Source: Azolla caroliniana
Lineage: Eukaryota; Plantae; Polypodiophyta
Reading direction: 5' to 3'
Assembly (NCBI GenBank): GCA_043228905.1
Contig: JBHGNT010001303.1
Coordinates: 1 to 10,036 of the forward strand
DNA length: 10,036 nt
Translations under genes and position numbers: made by a program
In this document: in pieces, positions 1 through 6,605 of the stretch
How the letters are laid out: each line of letters opens with the position of its first letter
Numbering within the stretch: position 1 is the stretch's first letter
The notes under the pieces: generated by a model
Told to the model about the DNA's origin: nothing
Database searches by the model: none
What the model saw: the letters and a program-made list of their open reading frames with translations, nothing else

Positions 1-291
1 ATGACCATCAATGACTACTATAGAAGCTGGACATGGGAGTTTCTTTAGGGATATCTGATGAGCTTGGGCAAAATTCCTATCCATGAATCAAGAGTTGGCT
101 CCGGAATCTAAGAGTGTTAAGACATGTATTGGAGGAGTACTTTTAGTACTAACTATTAACTGAGCTAAGAACACATTGCTAACTTGCTTACAGGAAATGG
201 AACCGCTAATGGGCTGCAGAGATCTAGGGTTGTCCAACCAAACGGCTCCTATTTTGGCTGGACTTAATCGTTTAACTCTTCTTCTAGTCGA
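1..291 (-). pseudogene. pol: 5' end of Ty3/Gypsy pol: retropepsin aspartic protease, truncated by window edge
   Basis: Manual minus-strand translation gives ...PPIHVLTLLDSGANS*FMDRNFAQAHQISLKKLPCPASIVVIDGH. The DSG motif is at 108-100 and an in-frame TGA is at 90-88. The frame has no ATG before the motif and is closed upstream by TAG at 294-292. Confidence 0.9.
199..276 (-). promoter_or_regulatory. Candidate -1 programmed ribosomal frameshift signal (slippery heptamer plus pseudoknot)
   Basis: G TTA AAC at 276-270 in the gag frame, a 6-nt spacer, stem 1 (263-253 with 242-232) and stem 2 (249-243 with 205-199). The pol frame is -1 relative to the gag-terminal frame. Confidence 0.75.
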
Positions 292-1368
292 CTAAGGATT
301 TCAAATTTGTTTGAAAGGCTTGGGCTATTAGGACTATCAGACACACCTAGAAGAATAGACTTAGGTTTAGTACTATTAGTACTAGCCGTTATTTGATTTA
401 CTTGCCTTTTGGCCGATGGGGGCAGTTCACAGCAATATGCCCGGTCCACTGCAATAAAGAAATAATCGATTTGCCGTGCATCGCTGCTTTTCTTCTTCTG
501 ATAGTGGTCCGCGGCAACGTGTGGTGTCGATTTCCATTGGAGTCAGAGTATTTGTTGGAGACGTATTGCATGCCTCCCTTGGGAAAGGCTTTGCTACGAT
601 TGAAGCGTAGGTGGGCTCCGATCTTATCCGTGGCCTTTGGAACTGACATTCCGAACGTCGTTCGAAGAGGCGATTATCGTAAAACTGATTGCTTCTATCA
701 ATGACTTTGGCTCCTTAGGGAAAGTTAAGAGTAAATCTTTAACATCATTACCTAGGCCAAAACGAAATTGCTCCATTAGTGCCTGGTCATCCCAGGGAAT
801 ATCGGTGGCAAGAAGACGGAAATCCGCAACATAAGCTGAGGCCGACTGCTCACCTTGGCGCAATCTTCGGATTTTGTTGATTGTTGTTCTAACACTCTCA
901 GTAATAAACTTGGTAATAAACTCTTCGAAATTATTTAACAAGGGAGAGCTTTTTTCCAACAGGGGGGCGAACCATGCCACTAAGTAGAGTGCCTACTAGT
1001 CCCACTCGTGGTGCATCGGTGGGATATCGAGAAGGATGCATTTAAATGACTAATCGTACCTGATTAAGGAATCCTCTAAATTGCGATCGCGTTCCATCGA
1101 ATTTCATGGGAAGGCCGATCTTGGGTTCTTTATGAATCCCTTGCGTATTGGGTCCTTGTTGTTGCATCGCTACTAAGGTTGCTTCGAGTTGTTGCATGTG
1201 TACCACTAGTTCCCCATGTTGTTGTTTCATCTGCTGCTTTTCTAAGGAGATTTGTTTAAGATCCCCTAGCAACCATTGATTTTCTTGTTCCAAAGCAAGG
1301 AACTTCTCTTTCAAGCATTGCAGCTCTGAGAAAACGGATTGATATTCTTGAGCGCTAATAGTGGCCAT
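264..1368 (-). pseudogene. gag: Ty3/Gypsy gag (coiled coil, retrotransposon gag capsid, CCHC knuckle), disrupted
   Basis: ORFs 1042-1368 (EPKIGLPMKFDGTRSQFRGFLNQVRL) and 624-980 (LRQGEQSASAYVADFRLLA...WDDQALMEQFRFGL...VKDLL) are gag-like. Joining frames at about 415-470 gives NRLFLYCSGP/GHIAVNCP, a decayed CX2CX4HX4C. Stops and frameshifts separate the pieces. Confidence 0.92.
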
Positions 1369-1637
1369 AGTATGAGAGAAAAGAGGAATAAGAGATTATT
1401 ATGAAGGGAGGGAGAAGTAAGAAGATAAAGGAAGAGAAGGAAGGAGAGAGAAATCGGTTCAAACTGTCAGGAGCAGTAGCAGCTCTGAGAAAACGGATTG
1501 ATATTCTTGAGCGCTAACAGTGGCCATAGTATTAGAGAAAAGAGGAATAAGAGATTAGTATGAAGGGAGGGAGAAGTAAGAAGATAAAGGAAGAGAAGGA
1601 AGGAGAGAGAAATCGGTTAAAACTATCAGGAGCAGTA
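1320..1637. repeat. 159-bp tandem duplication covering LTR end, PBS, 5' leader and first 16 gag codons
   Basis: 1320-1478 and 1479-1637 align without gaps and with about 5 substitutions. Confidence 0.95.
1451..1462 (-). promoter_or_regulatory. Primer-binding site of self-priming type (second copy at 1610-1621)
   Basis: TTGAACCGATTT lies 2 nt inside the LTR end TGACA (1469-1465). It does not start with TGG. It is complementary at 11/12 positions to AAATCAGTTCAA (4274-4263) just downstream of the LTR TATA box. Confidence 0.7.
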
Positions 1638-1713
1638 CTAAGACAGAGTAGTACTGTCAGGAACAGTACTAAAACAGAGAAGGAATTAGTACTAAAAGAT
1701 GAGGATTAGTACT
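1624..1713 (-). mobile_element. U5 (3') part of the chromovirus LTR, split off by the nested insertion
   Basis: Ends in TGATA here and TGACA in the duplicated copy at 1465, the inverse of the LTR start TGTCA at 4491. It contains short repeats rich in AGTACT. An alternative TGACA end lies at 1655. Confidence 0.65.
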
Positions 1714-2202
1714 TGTTACCCCGTACGAGATGTACAGGTGATTGATAAGTGTGATAAGTGAGGGTGAAAGATGTAATGTGTTGATATGTATGTGTGATTT
1801 TATACGATTATGAGTGTGAATGTAAGTGTGAGTGTGGTAGATACAAAGAGGTGTGAGTGAGTGACTAGGTGTGAATGCCAAGGGGGCTTGCACCCTTGTG
1901 GATCTACCCCTTTGTACCTATTTAACCCCTTATGGGGAAGGAATGAATACATGAATAACCATTTCTCTCTCTCTCAATCTCTCTCTTCTATCTCCCCTTA
2001 CGTTGAACCCCCTTGGGAGGGGGGTGGAGCCATTCTAGGCACCACCCCCCACCCCGCAATGCTTCTCAATGCACATCATGCTATCACCCACAATGATTCT
2101 TATCGCCATCGCCATTTCCATCTTCATCACTATCAATGTCATAATCAATCTCTCAATGCTTATCACCAATCATCATAAATGTTAACCCTAAAACTGACAA
2201 CA
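1714..2202 (+). repeat. 5' LTR of nested element (489 bp)
   Basis: TGTT...AACA termini, TATA-like TATTTAA at 1919-1925, CT-rich tract, and blocks shared with 3565-4126. Confidence 0.85.
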
Positions 2203-2207
2203 CCTTT

Positions 2208-2217
2208 TGGCGACCAC
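2208..2217 (+). promoter_or_regulatory. tRNA primer-binding site, probably tRNA-Arg
   Basis: TGGCGACCAC lies 5 nt after the LTR end. From memory this fits the 3' end of plant tRNA-Arg(UCG) (...GTGGTCG-CCA), which needs a database check. Confidence 0.6.
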
Positions 2218-2637
2218 TAAGGCGACCCCCCTTTGAAGATGAAGTTGAAGACGAATATGCGGCAAAGACATGGCAACAACAAAATGTGCGATAATGGTGA
2301 CAATGATGTACAAAGAATCTAATCGACGATGTGCAACAAATGGCAGTCACAATATGTGAGACAAAGTCGAGGAATGAGATGGTATGACAATGTGAAGGAA
2401 ATGGTGATGTTGATGGGAAGTCATCGAGGAATGCAACACAATGAAGTTGTGCAAGAGGAAGTTATGAAATGATATGCAACAATAATACGCGAGAAATGGT
2501 AGAAATGTGCGTGTAACAGCGATGATGATGAAATGATGACGTTGTGCGAGACTGCAACAATGGCAATGACCGTGTGCAAGAGATGGGGAAAAGGTCAAAG
2601 AAACAGGAGTAAAATACAATGATTACGATGATTATGA

Positions 2638-3342
2638 TGTTGTGTCATAGGGTTTCGGTTTGCGTCTTCTCCATTTCGAATCTTACCGATGAAAGAGATT
2701 CTGAAGGATGCAACATGATTAAGGAAGAAGACAGAACGAACTACCAAACTATAGAGACTATGGATTTTTGTTTGAATGGCATTCTCCCAATCATTCTATG
2801 TTCCCGTCTTAGGAATTTCGAAGAGATGAATCTCTAGTGTTTTATGAGCAAACTGACACAGGCAAGCAAAATAGACTCAAGTGACAAAACCGAAAGGAGC
2901 CGAAAAGACAGAGACGGAGATGAACAAAGAAGGCCATACAGACACACAGAGTGACAGCCACGGACAATGGACATAGCAGTGGTGAATGAAGAAGAGAAAG
3001 AAGAAGATGATGAAGTTTGAGAAACAGAAAGAAGAGAGAGAAAGGCATAGACGGAAGAATAAGGAAGAACGGGAAGAAAGAATGAGGAAGAAGAAAGCAG
3101 GCGAGAAAGAAAGAAAGAAGTAGTAACAGAAATGAAAAAGAAGAGGGAAAGAAGAGAAGGAAAGAAGAAAAAGAAAGATGAGGGTATCAAACATAATTGT
3201 AAAACCCTGAGGGTATATAAGAAAATTTTAAAAATCAAAGGGCACCTATGAAATTTTGAAATCTCATCCACCTAAAGAAATGGACGTGATCGACCACAAC
3301 AACTCACAAAATCAACAAAGAATTACATACATACACACAACA
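2638..3342 (-). mobile_element. Probable solo LTR of another family (705 bp)
   Basis: Perfect 8-bp terminal inverted repeat TGTTGTGT (2638-2645) / ACACAACA (3335-3342). On the minus strand it has a TG-rich start, TATATA near 3214-3219, a long pyrimidine tract and the end AAACCCTATGACACAACA. There is no target duplication (TATGA vs TTTTT). Confidence 0.5.
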
Positions 3343-3564
3343 TTTTTAAGGACCCGAAAGAGGATACCAAAGTTCGTAAGACGACAGAATGAGAATGTTC
3401 GTGTCGCGGAAAAGTCGCTGACCGATGGAGATGATCGAGTCAAGCGCTCCGATCGAGGGAGTCGATCGTTGAAAGGAACGATGGAAGTTCCGGTCGAAGA
3501 GATATCATCATCAAGGCATGTGGGATCGACGTGCAAGGCACTTTCCCACGGGCGTGCCATAATG

Positions 3565-3852
3565 TGTTACCCCGTACGAGTTGTACGGAGAGTCAAGTGT
3601 GATGAGCGAGGGTCGCATATTATCATGATGATGTTGTATATGTGTAGGGAACATAAATGTAATTGTGAGTCGATATGTATGTGAACACATGCACACATGT
3701 GTGCATGTGGAGGGATACGATGAGGTGTGAGTGAGTGTCCAATATGAATGCTCTAGGGGGCTTACACCCCTTTGTATCTACCCCCTCTTGTACTATTTAA
3801 CCCCTTTATGGGGAATGAATGAAGGTATGAACATTTCTCTCTATCTCTCTTT

Positions 3853-3887
<35 letters not shown>

Positions 3888-4126
3888 CCTCAACGTTGAA
3901 CCCCCTTGGGAGGGGGGTGGAGCCATTCTAGGCACCACCCCCCACCCCACAATGCTCATCAATGTCATCCTTACCCCGCAATGCTTCTCAATAATTCTCA
4001 ACATCTTCATGTCAATCTCTCTCACCATCATACTCTTCATCATCTTTGCTATTTCACCATGTCTATCTTCGTCATCGTTAACCATCATCATCCTTAACCC
4101 TAACCCTAACTCTAAAACCTACAACA
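3565..4126 (+). repeat. 3' LTR of nested element (562 bp)
   Basis: Same termini as 1714-2202, a 56-bp identical block (3893-3948 = 2000-2055) and (TC)15 at 3856-3885. The upstream PPT is poor (CACGGGCGTGCCATAATG). Confidence 0.85.
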
Positions 4127-4131
4127 ATACT

Positions 4132-4491
4132 AAGGGAGGTGTAGAACTCTCGAGAGAAGGAGAGAGAGAGTGAGAGAGAGTGAGAGAGAGAATGAGAATA
4201 ACAAAATACATATATTATGTTAAGGGAATATACAATAGTAGCTAGGAGGCATAAGACTGGCGTTGAACTGATTTGGTTTGAAATAATGCCTTGTGCCTCC
4301 TTTTATAGTGTTCTCAGGAGTACTCCTGAAGTTTCTAGATTGTTCCAGAGAAATCTGGAATATACATCAATTTTCTATAGTAAAACCTAAATGAAAATAA
4401 TATTTTTCATATTACAACATATAGTCTAATGGTCAAGAGCTCGACCCATGTAACATAAGGTCATGAGTTTGAGTCTTGCCATAACATGACA
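4132..4491 (-). mobile_element. U3/R part of the chromovirus LTR
   Basis: Starts TGTCATG at 4491 directly after the PPT, with TATAAAA at 4307-4301 and a CT-rich tract at 4150-4195. It joins 1713 across the target duplication. Confidence 0.85.
4415..4487 (+). other. Degenerate tRNA-like (Pol III A-box/B-box) module within U3, antisense to the element
   Basis: A box TAGTCTAATGG at 4422-4432 and B-box-like GTTTGAGTC at 4467-4475, 45 nt apart as for tRNA positions 8 and 53. It is preceded by AAGGTC and has a wobble T-stem ATGAG/CTTGC. No acceptor stem is visible. Confidence 0.45.
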
Positions 4492-4495
4492 ATAT

Positions 4496-4504
4496 CCCCC
4501 CTTT
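4496..4504 (-). promoter_or_regulatory. Polypurine tract
   Basis: AAAGGGGGG followed by ATAT and the LTR start TGTCA, directly after the chromodomain coding sequence. Confidence 0.9.
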
Positions 4505-5676
4505 AAAACGACGAGTGTCATGAGTCATTTTGGATTGAGGACCCGGTTTGTCTGGATATTGAAGATGGAAGTCTTCAAGAAGACCACGAGCATTGGTCAC
4601 ATTCTCTATTGGTTCCCAAGTACGCTCACTGGGACTATATCCTAGCCAATCGACTAAATAGTAGAGCTTGTTGCGAACAATCTTGGAATCAAGGATGGCG
4701 GCAACCTTGTACTCAAGTCCATCTTCAACCTTGTCTTGATAGGGTTTGAGGAGAGAACTATGAAACACCGAATGTATCCGAAGTTGTGGAGGTAGATCGA
4801 GATGAAAAGAGACATCATTAATTTTTCCAATAATACGGAGAGGACCTAATCTCCGGTAATCCAACTTCTCGCATGGGCGAGTAGTCTTGATGTGTCGGCG
4901 ATCTCCAATGTCAAAACTGGATGGAAGCCAATGACGATCCGTGTAAACCTTGTGTGCTTGTTGAGCTTGCTATAGATGAGTAGATAAATCCGCTTGTATC
5001 TTATGTAGCCGCTCCAAACGATCCTCTACACAAGGATTTGTAGGTAACTCTGGGGTTTCAAATACACACGACCGGGGGTGACAACCCGTGTAAGCATAAA
5101 ATGGTGTCCCCTTTGTTGATGAGTGGACAGAGTTATTATACGCAAATTCGGCAAAGTGGAGAATATTTTCCCAGTCATCTTGATGAGAGCTTAAAAAGCA
5201 CTGAAGATATTGCTCCAACGTTTGATTTGTTTGTTATACTTGGCCGTCTGTTTGTGGGTGGTCACTGGAGGAGAGGTTACAAGTGACCTTAACCATTTTA
5301 AAGAGGTGCTTCCAGAACTTTGAGACGAACTGGGGTCCATGATGCCCACATACTTCACGCATGTTAAGATCTACTGTTAAGATCACATCGAATCCCTTAG
5401 ACACCGGAAGATCTGTGATGAAATCTAGGGCAATGGATTGCCATGGCTTGCTTCGAATTAGTAATGGTTCTAATAAACCACATGGATGATATCTTGTCAT
5501 TTTGGCTCTGCAACATGTATCACAAGTCCGAACAAAATCTTAGACAAATTGCCGCATATGTGGCCACCAGAAGGATCATTGTACTAAATCTAGTGTTTTA
5601 GTACTACCAAAATGCCCAACTGTATATGTGTCATGATAGTTTTGGACTACTTGAAGGCGACAAGTACCATTAGGAA
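4496..5676 (-). pseudogene. pol: Integrase (HHCC Zn finger, rve core, GPF/GPY-type region) with C-terminal chromodomain, disrupted
   Basis: HDTYTVGHFG...FWWPHMRQFV*DFVRTCDTC, PWQSIALDFITDLP, HPQTDGQ, AEFAYNNSVHSST, LGPLRI and EYKVAAILDSK...YYLVDWLGYSPSERTWEP (chromodomain). Contains stops, frameshifts and deletions. Confidence 0.95.
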
Positions 5677-6605
5677 TCCTCATAGAATGAACCATGTGTA
5701 TCATACGTGCATTCACATTCGAGAATGATTCAATTAAACATGTATGGTAAATCATCTCAAAGTTGGATTGGATTGACTATGGTCTATATTATATATTAAC
5801 TAACTCTCAATTCCAATAAGTGGACTCTAATCCATTGTGAACCACCAACATAAGTATGGTTGCAATATTTGCATTGTATCACATGCATACTTTTGGGATG
5901 CTTCTTAATAATCAAGACATCTCTATCATCCTCACTTTAGAACTTTACAAAAACAAGGAGTATGAACTATAGAGATTGAATCAAAATATGTCATTATAAA
6001 TTATAATCAAATGTTCAAAAACTCATAAAATGCACATTCAAGAATATGAAGAAAACATGACATAGGCAATAGTAACATAACAACTTATCACTAGGGTGAG
6101 CTAATTTCTAATAACAAAGAAAGAAAGAAAAAGAAGAAAAAGGAAACGATCAAAAACTCATAAAACGTATATTCGAGAATATGAAGAAAACATGACAGAG
6201 GCAGTAGTAGAATAAAAAATTACCATTAGGGTGAGCTAATTTCTAATAACAAACAAAGAAAAAAAAGTAACATGATAATAACAAAGAGGATATGAGAAAG
6301 TTGGGAATTTAACTCCCAAAGACACAAGCAATAGTAGCATGGCAACTTACCACTAGATTAAGCTCATTTCTAATCACAAAAAATGAAAAAACATGAAAAA
6401 AACAAAAAAACAAATATAAAATTTTGCTATGGTACTACTAACAATAGCATGTCTCATTACCACTAGGATGACCTGAATTTGTGATAAAAACATGAAAAAA
6501 AAGAAAAAAAAAAGGATCACGTATTTTTCCCTTTTCAAACGTGTTTGTTTTCAAACGTTTTCAATTGTTTGAATGCTTGCACGAACATGAATATTATGTT
6601 CTATG
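5677..6605. mobile_element. AT-rich non-coding insertion, possibly a hAT-type non-autonomous DNA transposon
   Basis: ATTAGGAA is duplicated at 5669-5676 and 6606-6613 and present once at the homologous empty site (8395-8402). Short inverted ends CATAGAA (5681-5687) / TTCTATG (6599-6605). The insertion is clear but the superfamily is tentative. Confidence 0.7.
6015..6500. repeat. Degenerate tandem repeat, four units of about 110-135 bp
   Basis: Units starting at 6015 and 6150 are close copies. The core CACTAGGGTGAGCTAATTTC and its variants recur near 6089, 6224, 6351 and 6461, each followed by an A-rich tract. Confidence 0.8.

Larger units (their letters stand above)
1714..4126 (+). mobile_element. 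Nested non-coding LTR retroelement (non-autonomous, or internally deleted/chimeric)
   Basis: Two related LTRs both start TGTTACCCCGTACGAG and end ACAACA. Flanks GTACT (1709-1713) and ATACT (4127-4131) match 4/5. A TGG-starting PBS follows the left LTR. No gag or pol similarity was recognised inside. Confidence 0.8.

Noticed and set aside
393-834. Plus-strand ORFs 393-704 and 637-834, and similar ones opposite pol (5101-5286, 6769-6978, 8233-8427, 8519-8782, 9410-9767)
   Set aside because: Antisense shadows of gag/pol with no recognisable motifs.
264-1368. Domesticated PEG10/RTL-like host gene
   Set aside because: It is broken by stops and frameshifts and keeps LTR, PBS and pol context, so it is a decayed transposon.
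3343-3360. TTTTTAAGGACCC as a decayed PBS after ACAACA at 3342
   Set aside because: It needs three substitutions including loss of TGG, and the composition suggests the segment is oriented on the minus strand.
1669-4173. Numerous His-, Phe-, Ser- or Leu-rich ORFs within the nested element
   Set aside because: They arise from CAT/CT/GA low-complexity LTR sequence, overlap in several frames and show no domain signature. ORF 3256-3684 crosses two inferred element boundaries.
4415-4487. Functional tRNA gene
   Set aside because: No acceptor stem or clean anticodon arm, and the B box is mutated. Kept only as a tRNA-like relic.
6015-6510. CRISPR-like repeat-spacer array
   Set aside because: The repeats are long and degenerate, the spacers are related A-rich tracts, there are no cas genes and the context is eukaryotic.
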